Assembly (NCBI GenBank): GCA_905480195.1
Contig: CAJQPN010000015.1
Span: 32,785 to 96,784, forward strand
Direction: 5' to 3'
Source of the DNA: an uncultured Acidimicrobiales bacterium
GTDB taxonomy: Bacteria > Actinomycetota > Acidimicrobiia > Acidimicrobiales > Aldehydirespiratoraceae
DNA length: 64,000 nt
The position numbers and the translations under genes were made by a program. A model generated the notes under the pieces. The model had not been told where the DNA came from and ran no database searches. It was given only the letters and a program-made list of their open reading frames with translations. Shown here piece after piece: positions 10,066 to 18,700 of this stretch; position 1 is the first letter of the stretch; the number at the start of each line of letters is the position of its first letter.

Positions 10066-10953
10066 CTAGTGCTTCCGAGTCGGCGCGTCGAGTGGCTGCA
10101 CGTATTGCCAGCCAAACCGGCCCTTGATGCAGAGCATGCCGCTGGTGACCGAGTGGTCGGCCGGCGAGGTGACTTTCACGATCTTGTCGTCCTGGGTGTG
10201 CAGCTCAAGGTTGCAGCCCACACCGCAGTACGAGCACACCGTGCGGGTGACCTCCTGCTCGTCGGGACGCCAGTTGTCGGCCCCGCGAAGGTCGTACTCG
10301 GTCTTGAACTGGATGGCCCCGGTGGGGCAGACAGCGATGCAATTGCCGCAGTAGACGCAAGCCGAGTCGGGCAACGTCACGTCGAACTCGGTGGAGATCC
10401 GCGCGTCGAAGCCCCGACCGCTGACGGCGATCGCATAGGTGTGCTGGGCATCGTCACCACACGCCTCGACACACTTGTAGCAAAGCACGCAGCGGTCGTA
10501 GTCGCGGATGTAGAGGTTGTCCTGGATTTTCGGCGCCTCGCCCATCTTCAATGCGGGCAGCTCGTACTGGTCGTAGCGGCTTGTGTCGGATCCGTAGTGC
10601 TCCATCCACTTCTGGAGCTCGGGTGCCTGGTCGAGGTCGACGCCCGACCCGAGGAACTCGAGCACCATCTTTCGGCTATGCCTCACCCGATCGGAGTCGG
10701 TCTCGACGACCATGTCTTCTTCGGCCGCACGAGCACAGGACGGTGCGAGCGCACGCTGGCCCTCGACCTCCACGACGCATACGCGACACACGCTGACCGG
10801 GGTGAGATTCTCGGCCCAGCACAAGGTCGGCGTGTCGATCCCGGCCGACTCACAGGCCTTGTGGATCGAAGTGCCGGCTGGGACCTCGACGATCTTGCCG
10901 TCGATGGTGAGCGACACGGTGGTCTCGATCGGGGTCTCGAAGGTCGCAGTCAC
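10066..10953 (-). CDS. formate dehydrogenase alpha-subunit N-terminal Fe-S fragment (NuoG-like 2Fe-2S, 2x 4Fe-4S ferredoxin, MopB-type 4Fe-4S)
   Basis: C-x10-C-x2-C-x13-C (LCWAENLTPVSVCRVC...APSC), CVLCYKCVEAC, CVYCGNCIAVCP, and CSYCGVGCNLELH...LCIKGRFGWQYV, then a stop. GTG 10953 overlaps the upstream stop (GTGA). Confidence 0.85.
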   Translation of the reverse strand: MTATFETPIETTVSLTIDGKIVEVPAGTSIHKACESAGIDTPTLCWAENLTPVSVCRVCVVEVEGQRALAPSCARAAEEDMVVETDSDRVRHSRKMVLEFLGSGVDLDQAPELQKWMEHYGSDTSRYDQYELPALKMGEAPKIQDNLYIRDYDRCVLCYKCVEACGDDAQHTYAIAVSGRGFDARISTEFDVTLPDSACVYCGNCIAVCPTGAIQFKTEYDLRGADNWRPDEQEVTRTVCSYCGVGCNLELHTQDDKIVKVTSPADHSVTSGMLCIKGRFGWQYVQPLDAPTRKH

Positions 10954-12722
10954 GAAGGCACCCCCGGGACGATGCCCAGCTCGATGGCGGAGTTGATGGC
11001 GTTGGTCGCCGTATGACCGAAGCCGCAAATGGAGGCGTCGACCATCACTTGGGAGATGTCGTCAACGAGCTGGCGCCGGTCGGGGGTGAGCGACCCCTTC
11101 TGCTGCAGCACGACCATCGTCTCGTGCTGTCGCACACAGCCGATACGGCAGGGGACACATTGACCACAGGACTCGTCACGAAAGAACTGTGAGATGCGCA
11201 CGAGAATGTCGACCATGTCGATCTCGTCGGTGAACGCCATGACCACACCGGAGCCGAGGGTGGTGCCGCGCTCGCGGGCGTGCTCAAGCGTGATGGGCAT
11301 GTCGAGGTACGAGCCATCGACGAACGAGCCTGCAGCGCCGCCCATCAGCACGGCCCTGAGTTCACCGGAACCGGTAAGACCACCGGCCAGTTCGAGAACC
11401 TCACCGAGTGTGGTCCCGAACTCGACTTCGTAGACGCCAGGCCGAGCAACCCGACCGCTGAGGCACAGGAGTTTGGTACCGGGTGAGCGGTCGGTACCCC
11501 GGCTGCGGTAGCCGTCGGCGCCAATCTGCACGATGTCGAGGACGTTCAGCAATGTTTCTGGGTTGTTGATCGCCGTCGGCTCCTGGAACAGGCCGTGGGT
11601 CGTCGGGAACGGCGGCTTGCTGCGCGGTTCGCCCCGGAAGCCCTCCAGCGACGCGAACAGGGCGGTCTCCTCACCACAGATGTAGGCACCGGCGCCACGA
11701 CGGATCTCGATGGTGAAGCGATGGCCCGAACCAGCTGCATCGTCGCCGAGAAGCCCCGCTTCGAGCGCCTGATTGATCGCGTTCTGCAACCTTGCGGTGG
11801 CCAACGGGTACTCACCACGGATGTAGATCCAGCCGTTCTCGGCGCCGGTTGCGAAACCGGCGATGGTGAGCGCCTCGATGACGGCGAACGGGTCGTTCTC
11901 CATGACGACCCGGTCTTTGAAGGTGCCCGGCTCGGACTCGTCGCAGTTGGCGACGACGTGCTTCGGTCGACCCTGCTCGGCGGCGACGGCGCGCCATTTG
12001 ATCCCGGTGGGGAACGCAGCACCGCCGCGGCCAGACAGACCCGAGTCGGCGACTGCGGTACACACCGCGTCAGCACCCATCGCCATCGCAGCGGTGAGTG
12101 CGTCATAGCCGCCGTGCGCGCGGTACGAGGCGAGTGATGTGGGATCGACCACGCCGATTCTTTTCAGGAGACGGAGTGATTCGTCACCTTTCTGGTGGAA
12201 CAGTTCATAGGGCCGCTCGTCGGCTTCGACCCGGTCGGGCCCTCCGACGCCCTGCACGAACTCGGCAACCTCCCCGGTACTGGCGTTGGCTCGCTCGCAC
12301 TGTCCGAGGCACGGCGACTCGTGGACGTTGATGCTCTGGGCCCGCAGTGCAGCGATCCGCTTGCCCGAGCCGGCGATCTGGCACGCAGCATCGACACATA
12401 CGTGGGTGACATCGCCGGCCTGGGTCGGCTCATCGGTGCGAAACAGGTCGTAAAAGGTGGCGACACCGTAGGCCTCGGCCGGTGGGACCTGCAGCGTCTC
12501 GCACACATGATTGAGGCCACCCGGGCTGATCCAACCCTTTGCGTTCTGCAAGGCGTGGAGGGCAGGCAACAACAGGTGTCGATGGTCGTGACGTTTCGAC
12601 GTGCCGGCTCGTACGAACCGCTCGCTCTCGCGTACGACGACGAAACGGCCCCCCAGGGCAGCGTCGACCGCTGCGATCTCGGCGTCATCCGCCATTTCGT
12701 CGGAGATGTACAGGTCAGCCAT
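10950..12722 (-). CDS. fused NuoE-like/NuoF-like NAD(H)-binding diaphorase subunit of formate dehydrogenase (FdsG-FdsB-like)
   Basis: N-terminal thioredoxin-like 2Fe-2S (CVDAAC...CLGQC). NuoF blocks follow: GRGGAAFPTGIKW, ANCDESEPGTFKDR, ESCGQCVPCR. Confidence 0.9.
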   Translation of the reverse strand: MADLYISDEMADDAEIAAVDAALGGRFVVVRESERFVRAGTSKRHDHRHLLLPALHALQNAKGWISPGGLNHVCETLQVPPAEAYGVATFYDLFRTDEPTQAGDVTHVCVDAACQIAGSGKRIAALRAQSINVHESPCLGQCERANASTGEVAEFVQGVGGPDRVEADERPYELFHQKGDESLRLLKRIGVVDPTSLASYRAHGGYDALTAAMAMGADAVCTAVADSGLSGRGGAAFPTGIKWRAVAAEQGRPKHVVANCDESEPGTFKDRVVMENDPFAVIEALTIAGFATGAENGWIYIRGEYPLATARLQNAINQALEAGLLGDDAAGSGHRFTIEIRRGAGAYICGEETALFASLEGFRGEPRSKPPFPTTHGLFQEPTAINNPETLLNVLDIVQIGADGYRSRGTDRSPGTKLLCLSGRVARPGVYEVEFGTTLGEVLELAGGLTGSGELRAVLMGGAAGSFVDGSYLDMPITLEHARERGTTLGSGVVMAFTDEIDMVDILVRISQFFRDESCGQCVPCRIGCVRQHETMVVLQQKGSLTPDRRQLVDDISQVMVDASICGFGHTATNAINSAIELGIVPGVPS

Positions 12723-12731
12723 CGAGCGACG

Positions 12732-14711
12732 TCACTCCCCACCCGCGACGACGAGCTTCTCGACCCGGATCGCTGCAGCCTTGAACTCGGCGGTGCCGGA
12801 GTCGCGGTCCCACTCGTCGTTGGTAATGGTGTTGATGTCGACCAGGTCCGGGAAGTGGAACGTGGTGAACGTGAGCCCGATTGGGATGTCGGCTTGCACC
12901 CGCACTCCCATCTCAACGGACCCACGAGGCGACGAGACGAGCACCCGTTCGCCATCTTCAATACCGAGGCCGGCGGCGTCGACCGGGTTCATGTCGAGTT
13001 CGTCGCCGGAGCGGATCGGACTCTCGAAACCACCGGACTGCACGCCGGTGTTATACGAGTCGAGCGAACGGCCTGTGGTCAGCCGCAGCGGGAAGTCTTC
13101 GGTGAGGTGTTCCTTCGGACCTTCATGGTGGGTGATCGAGAAGGGTGATGGCTCGCGGCCACCCAAATCGTCTTCCCACAACCAACCATGAAGGTAGGGC
13201 GAGCCGGGATGATCTTCGGCCGGGCAAGGCCACTGCAGGCCACCCTCGGCTTCGAGACGGGCGTAGCTCATACCGCCATGCATGGGCGACAACGATCGCA
13301 GTTCGTCCCACAGCTCCTCGGGCGTGGGGTCGCCCCACTCGACGCCCATGCGCCTCGCAAGGTCGCCGATGATCTCGTGATCGTGACGGCACTCACCCGG
13401 CGGCGTCACCGCAGCGCGCACACGTTGCACGCGGCGTTCCGAGGAGGTGACCGTGCCGTCGCACTCGGCCCAGCCGACCGACGATGGGAGCACGACATCG
13501 GCGAGTTCGGCAGTACGGGTCATGAAAATGTCCTGCACGACGAGCAAGTCGAGACCTTCGAGCAGCGTGCGGGCGTGATCGGAGTCGGCCTCACTGTCGG
13601 CGGGATTTTCGCCAATGCAATACGCGGCCTTGATGGTTCCCTCGGCCATCGCCTCGAACATGAGGGTGAGGTGTCGGCCGTCGACCGGGTTGAGCTCCAT
13701 GCCGTAGGTCGCTTCGAACTTGGCTCGGTGCTCATCGTTGGTGACGTCTTGGAAGCCAGGAAACTTGTTCGGCAGCGCGCCCATGTCACCACCGCCCTGC
13801 ACGTTGTTCTGGCCGCGCAATGGCACGAGACCCGATCCCCATCGCCCGATATGGCCGGTGAGAAGCGCAAGGTTGCAGAGCGACTTGACGTTGTCGACAC
13901 CGTTGTGGTGTTCGGTAATACCAAGCGTCCACAGAATCTGCGCCTTGTCGGCCCTTGCGTAGGCGTGAGCGGCTTCGCGGATCGCCTCGGCGGGGACGCC
14001 GGTGACCGCCTCGGCATACTCGAGCGTGTACGGCTCGACGTGGGCCTTGTACTCCTCGAAACCCTGTGACGAATGGGCGATGAACGCCTTGTTGTGCAGA
14101 TCGGCTGCGATGATCTCGCGCCCCATCGCGTTCGCCATTCCCACGTCGGTGCCGACGTCGAGTCCGAGCCACGCGTCGGCGAACTTGGCCGATGACGTCC
14201 GGCGAGGATCGACGGCATACATGGTGGCGCCGTTGTCGAGTCCCTTCAGGACGTGATGGAAGTAGATGGGGTGCGCTTCACGAGCGTTGGAACCCCACAG
14301 CAAGATGACGTCAGCCTCCTCCACTTCGAGGTACGAGGACGTGCCACCCCCCGCTCCGAACACTGCCGCCAGACCGACGACACTGGGAGCGTGTCAAGTT
14401 CGATTACACGAATCGATGTTGTTCGTGCCGAGCGCCGTGCGCGCAAACTTCTGCGCCGCATAGTTCATCTCGTTGGTGCTCTTCGAGCAGCTGAACACGG
14501 CGAAGCCGTCGGCCCCCGATTCCGCCTTGACCTTGGTGAAACCGTCGACAGCCCTGCTCAGCGCCTCGTCCCAGGTTGCGTTGCGCAGAACACCGTTCTC
14601 GCGCACCATCGGGCTGGTCAATCGGGGCAGAGGGTCACTGAACTTCTTGGCCTTGCGCCGCGCGCTATTTTTGGATCCCACGATCCGGAACGGTACCGGA
14701 TCGTGGAACAT
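12732..14711 (-). CDS. formate dehydrogenase catalytic molybdopterin fragment, selenocysteine-containing (UGA 14396..14394 read as Sec)
   Basis: Track ORFs 14394..14816 and 12732..14363 share one frame and are separated only by TGA plus 10 sense codons. Joined, they read GTNNIDSCNRT-U-HAPSVVGLAAVFGAGGGTSSY, the FdhF/FdhA active-site motif. The rest is a MopB molybdopterin oxidoreductase. The start is uncertain (ATG 14816, 14711 or 14609, or GTG 14681). Confidence 0.85.
14353..14396 (-). promoter_or_regulatory. Sec UGA codon plus candidate bacterial SECIS hairpin
   Basis: mRNA: UGA CAC GCU CCC AGU GUC GUC GGU CUG GCG GCA GUG UUC GGA GC. Upper stem GUCGUC/GGCGGC, apical loop GGUCU, lower stem GCUCC/GGAGC. 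The upper stem begins 12 nt after UGA. GGU CUG sits at the same codon positions as in the E. coli fdhF SECIS. Confidence 0.55.
14675..14709. promoter_or_regulatory. 35-bp four-half-site palindrome (two tandem 17-bp GTTCCAC-N3-GTGGAAC-type boxes) at the 5' end of the fdh operon
   Basis: ATCCCACGATCCGGAAC G GTACCGGATCGTGGAAC. It is 27/35 identical to the site upstream of fhs and shares ATCGTGGAACA with the iclR and fhs sites. Confidence 0.55.
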
Positions 14712-14861
14712 GAAGGAATGGCTTGGGGTTCTTTTTGGTCGCTGGCTAACCTTTGGCGCCGTTACTGGTCGGCACGCAAGAGAACGTCGCAGGACGACGC
14801 TCATCCCAATCACCAAGAAGTCGCCTCGCGGTCACGGGGGTAACCGGTACCGTTGCAGGCC

Positions 14862-16568
14862 ATGCGCTGGTCGAACTTCCACACCCCCACGCTGCGCGAT
14901 GCGCCCGCTGATGCCGAGGCCACCAGCCACAAGCTGCTGGTCCGAGGCGGCTTCATGCGTCAACTCCACGCTGGGCACTATTCGATGCTGCCGCTGGGCT
15001 GGCGAGTGTTCCGCAAGGTCGAGAACATCATCCGAGAAGAGATGGACGCCATCGGCGGTCAAGAGTTTCAGCTGCCAACGCTGCACCCCGCCTCGCTGTG
15101 GGCGAAGTCAGGGCGTCTCGACATCATGGGCGACGAGATGTTCCGCCTCACCGATCGCAAGGGTGCGACGAACGTGCTCGGCGTAACCGAGGAAGAAGTG
15201 TTCGCCCTCCTCGCCTCCGAGATCACGTCGTACAAAGCACTTCCGCAGATCTGGTATCAGATACACACGAAGTTTCGCGACGAGCCCCGGCCCAAGAGCG
15301 GCCTTCTCCGCGTGCGCGAGTTCACCATGAAGGACGCGTACTCGATGGACCTCGATCAGGCCGGCCTCGACGTCGCATTCGACCTTCATCACGCCGCCTA
15401 CATGAAGATCTTCGGCCGGATGGACCTGCCCGCAGTACCGGTCGATGCCAGTTCCGGAGCGATGGGCGGCACCGGCTCGACCGAATTCATGGTCCCGTCG
15501 CCTGCTGGTGAGGACGACGTCGTCATCTGCCCGAACTGCGACTACGCGGCGAACATCGAGCGAGCAACCTCTTCGCTTCCCGACCTCGACGATCGCAACA
15601 TTGCCGACCTTCAACGCTTCCCGACCCCGGGGGTTCGAACGATCAAGGCGCTCGAGGATGCCGAGGGTGGCGCACCGGCGCACCATCAGATCAAGACGAT
15701 GGTGATGATGCTTGACGGCGAGGTCACGCTCGCCCTCGTTCGCGGCGACCATCAGCTCAACCTGCAAAAGCTGCAGGACGCTACCGGGGCCATCGACATC
15801 CGACCGGCCACCCCCGAAGAGGCCAACGACACACTGGGCGCGATGCCGGGTTCACTCGGCGCAGTCGGCGTCGCAGGCTTGCGGATCGTGGCCGACCACG
15901 CACTGCACGGGCGTACCGGACTCGCTACCGGCGCGAACGAAGACGACTGGCATTACACCGGCGTCTCCATCGAGCGCGATATCGGGGTCGACGAGTGGGC
16001 CGACTTGCGTGAGGTGAGCGCGGGCGAAGCATGTCCTTCCTGCGGCAAAGCGATCGACATTGTGCGCTGTATCGAGGCCGGGCACATCTTCAAACTCGGC
16101 ACGAAGTACAGCGAGGCGATGGGTGCAAAAGTGCTCGATCCCGACGGCAACCAGCAGGCAATCGTCATGGGGAGTTACGGGATTGGTGTCGAACGAGCCA
16201 TGGCCACCGTCGTCGAGACGTTCCACGACGAAAACGGCATCATCTGGCCGACATCGATCGCTCCGTTCGAGGTGGTCATCACGATCGTGTCGATCAAGGA
16301 CGATGCCTCGGTCGCCGGTGCGGAAGCCCTCTACGACAACCTCAAGGCCCGGGGCATCGATGTACTGCTCGACGACCGCGATGCTCGCGCCGGCGTCAAG
16401 TTCGCCGATGCCGAGCTCATCGGAATTCCCCATCGGGTCACGTTTGGCCCGAAAGCCTTCGCCGACAGCGAGGTCGAGTACACGCCGCGGGCCACCGGGG
16501 AGACCGAACGAGTATCGGTCGACCTCATTGCCGATCGGTTGGTCGACACCATCAGCACTGCTCGCTGA
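14862..16568 (+). CDS. proS: proline--tRNA ligase (bacterial type)
   Basis: MRWSNFHTPTLRDAPADAEATSHKLLVRGGFMRQ is a typical ProS N-terminus, and class II motifs are present throughout. ATG 14862 is preferred over the track TTG at 14853. Confidence 0.95.
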   Translation: MRWSNFHTPTLRDAPADAEATSHKLLVRGGFMRQLHAGHYSMLPLGWRVFRKVENIIREEMDAIGGQEFQLPTLHPASLWAKSGRLDIMGDEMFRLTDRKGATNVLGVTEEEVFALLASEITSYKALPQIWYQIHTKFRDEPRPKSGLLRVREFTMKDAYSMDLDQAGLDVAFDLHHAAYMKIFGRMDLPAVPVDASSGAMGGTGSTEFMVPSPAGEDDVVICPNCDYAANIERATSSLPDLDDRNIADLQRFPTPGVRTIKALEDAEGGAPAHHQIKTMVMMLDGEVTLALVRGDHQLNLQKLQDATGAIDIRPATPEEANDTLGAMPGSLGAVGVAGLRIVADHALHGRTGLATGANEDDWHYTGVSIERDIGVDEWADLREVSAGEACPSCGKAIDIVRCIEAGHIFKLGTKYSEAMGAKVLDPDGNQQAIVMGSYGIGVERAMATVVETFHDENGIIWPTSIAPFEVVITIVSIKDDASVAGAEALYDNLKARGIDVLLDDRDARAGVKFADAELIGIPHRVTFGPKAFADSEVEYTPRATGETERVSVDLIADRLVDTISTAR

Positions 16569-16625
16569 GCAACTCGGCCAGGGACGCAACCCGCCGGTTC
16601 CGAACAAGTCACCCAGCGTCGAGAA

Positions 16626-16662
16626 CTGTTCCACATCGTGGAACAGCCCCACGATGCCATAG
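16626..16662. promoter_or_regulatory. perfect inverted repeat CTGTTCCAC-ATC-GTGGAACAG plus an adjacent weaker box; candidate IclR autoregulatory operator
   Basis: 9-bp arms with a 3-nt spacer (16626..16646), centred 37 bp upstream of the IclR ATG. The next 17-mer in the same 18-bp register is GCCCCACGATGCCATAG. Confidence 0.6.
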
Positions 16663-16672
16663 TGTGAACTGC

Positions 16673-17416
16673 ATGGCCGTGCAGTCGATCGAGCGTGCGT
16701 TCGCCCTCCTCCGGGCGCTTGCGACCGCACCGTACGGTGTGACCGAACTCGCCGAGCAGGTAGATCTCCCCAAGTCGACGGTCGCACGCCTGCTGGGTGC
16801 TCTCGAGTCCGAGGGTGTCGTCACCCAGGACGAGCTCGGCGGCGAGTACCGCCTCGGGGACGGGCTCCTCGATATCGCCGGCGCAGCGCAACCCGGTAGA
16901 AACCTCATCGCAACCGTCCGTCCCTTCCTGCTCGAATTGAGCGAGGAGATCGGTGAGGCAGCCGGCCTCGGGATCGCTCAGAATCGAGAGGTCTACTACC
17001 TCGACCATGCCGTACCCGAGACCGACGTGATGGTCAGGGACTGGACCGGTGAGTCATTGCCGATGCATTCGGTGCCGTCAGGCATGGCGATCCTCGCACA
17101 CATGTCTGCGGCCGCTCTCGAGGCGTACCTCTCGAGGCCGCCCGAACAGCTCACGCCCTACACACTGATCGACCCGGAGGCCATCCGCGAGCGCATCGAT
17201 GCGATCCGTCAGCTCGGATACGCGTGGGGCTTCGAGGAGGGCGTCGACGGGATCAACTCGCTGGCAGCGCCGATCATCGGTCCCGACGGCCTGGCCATCG
17301 CCGCCATTCATGTCCACGGTCCGGCGTACCGATTCCCCAACCCCGATCGCACCCACGATCTCGGGAGTCGCCTCATCGAAGCTGCAAACGGTGTCGCCGC
17401 CCAGCTGAACGACTGA
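16673..17416 (+). CDS. IclR-family transcriptional regulator
   Basis: MAVQSIERAFALLRAL...VTELAEQVDLPKSTVARLLGALE (HTH) followed by an IclR effector domain. The upstream part of track ORF 16031..17416 overlaps proS and is rejected. Confidence 0.9.
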   Translation: MAVQSIERAFALLRALATAPYGVTELAEQVDLPKSTVARLLGALESEGVVTQDELGGEYRLGDGLLDIAGAAQPGRNLIATVRPFLLELSEEIGEAAGLGIAQNREVYYLDHAVPETDVMVRDWTGESLPMHSVPSGMAILAHMSAAALEAYLSRPPEQLTPYTLIDPEAIRERIDAIRQLGYAWGFEEGVDGINSLAAPIIGPDGLAIAAIHVHGPAYRFPNPDRTHDLGSRLIEAANGVAAQLND

Positions 17417-17426
17417 CGATCACGGA

Positions 17427-17444
17427 CTGACGAACCTGCGTCAG
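17427..17444. terminator. small hairpin between the convergent iclR and ligB-like genes
   Basis: CTGACG-AACCTG-CGTCAG. No obvious U tract. Confidence 0.3.
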
Positions 17445-17486
17445 GCGATCACATCACCCCTCGGCGTGACAAAAACAGGGTATGGA

Positions 17487-18320
17487 TCAAATGTCGAGCA
17501 GCCCGAGGTCATAGCTGGCGATCGTGCAGCTCACGGCGAAGATCGGTATCGGCTCACAAAAGTGCACCGTGCCCTGCGCTCCGCCGGCGGCAGCGCTTAC
17601 GGCAAGGAACGTGCGGATCTCGAACCCACCTTGACCGGCGTCGGCATAGACGGTGAGGTCGTCATAGTTGAGGAGTGCGTCGCGGTCATTACGGCACCAG
17701 CGGTCCATGAAGTCGAGGTCCCAGTCGACATTGATCTTCCCGGAATCGGGGGTGGCCGGCCAGTGCGAGATGCCACCGGTGCCGATGATGGCGAGCCGCT
17801 CCGGCACGGCGTCGGCCGCTCGCCGCAAGGCCTCGCCCAATGTCCAGGCCCGATGCAGCGGTGTAAGCGGTGGTCCCTGACAGTTGATGTTGACCGGAAT
17901 CACCGGCAGATCGAAGCGGGGTGTGAGGAAGTGCAACGGCACGGCGATCCCGTGGTCGAGGAGCCATTCCTCAGCGTAGGCAACGTCGACCGTCTGCATG
18001 ATCTCGGAGATGAGCCGGTGCGACAGTTCTCGGTTCCCAGGTGCCCGGAACTTGTCGATCCCGAGCCAGTCCGAGTCTTCGATCGGACCGTCGTAGAAGT
18101 CGGCCATACCGATGGCGAAGCTCGGCATGTTGTTCATGAAGAAGTTTGCGAAATGCTCTGCAGCGATCACGATCACCGTCTCGGCACCACTCGCCTCGAG
18201 GTCGGCACGCATGTCGTCAAACGCGGCATAGAAGGCGTCGCGGATCCCAGGGTCGGCGAGGTGTTTGCGGCCGGTGATGCCCGGTGCGTGACTGCAGACG
18301 CCGGCGTAGACGAGCGGCAT
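17487..18320 (-). CDS. class III extradiol ring-cleavage dioxygenase, LigB-type catalytic subunit
   Basis: LigB/HpcB-like blocks (CSHAPGI, VIVIAAEHFANFF, LLDHGIAVPLHFL, GTGGISHW). ATG 18320 overlaps the upstream stop (TGATG). Confidence 0.85.
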   Translation of the reverse strand: MPLVYAGVCSHAPGITGRKHLADPGIRDAFYAAFDDMRADLEASGAETVIVIAAEHFANFFMNNMPSFAIGMADFYDGPIEDSDWLGIDKFRAPGNRELSHRLISEIMQTVDVAYAEEWLLDHGIAVPLHFLTPRFDLPVIPVNINCQGPPLTPLHRAWTLGEALRRAADAVPERLAIIGTGGISHWPATPDSGKINVDWDLDFMDRWCRNDRDALLNYDDLTVYADAGQGGFEIRTFLAVSAAAGGAQGTVHFCEPIPIFAVSCTIASYDLGLLDI

Positions 18321-18643
18321 CAGCCGCACTCCCCGGTGCCGACGCGCCCGGTCATGGCATAGACCCCTTCGCGCACAGGACCGTGCTCGTCCACCCCATC
18401 GCGCATGCGTTGGAGGTAGTCATGCCACTCGATCTGGTGAAAGGCTGCGAAGTGCATGAGGATCTGACCGTTCACGCCGAGTACGTAGAGCAAGCCGATA
18501 TCAGGATCGACGAGCGCACCGATCTCCTCGTCGCTGAGCGTGTACCCGTCGAGCACGCTGCGACGATCAGAGACGTACGCGGCCTGGAGATCAGCCGACC
18601 GATTCAGCTCGTAGAGGAACTTCTGCACGTAGTAGAGCGACAT
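18320..18643 (-). CDS. LigA-like small subunit of extradiol dioxygenase
   Basis: 107 aa (MSLYYVQKFLYELNRSADLQAAY...LSDEEIGALV...), resembling the LigA domain. ATG 18643 is preceded by GAGGAGGTG. Confidence 0.7.
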   Translation of the reverse strand: MSLYYVQKFLYELNRSADLQAAYVSDRRSVLDGYTLSDEEIGALVDPDIGLLYVLGVNGQILMHFAAFHQIEWHDYLQRMRDGVDEHGPVREGVYAMTGRVGTGECG

Positions 18644-18700
18644 TTCACCTCCTCGGCCCAGCGACCAAGAACCTCCAAGCGGTGTGGGCAGCATCCATCT

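Noticed and set aside
14394-14396. Interpreting the TGA codons at 14394..14396 and 56484..56486 as pseudogene-forming nonsense mutations or as boundaries between separate genes
   Set aside because: Both fall exactly on the catalytic Cys/Sec column of well-known motifs. The frame continues without any other stop, the downstream conservation is intact, and each is followed by a plausible hairpin. The pseudogene reading remains possible only if the genome lacks Sec machinery.
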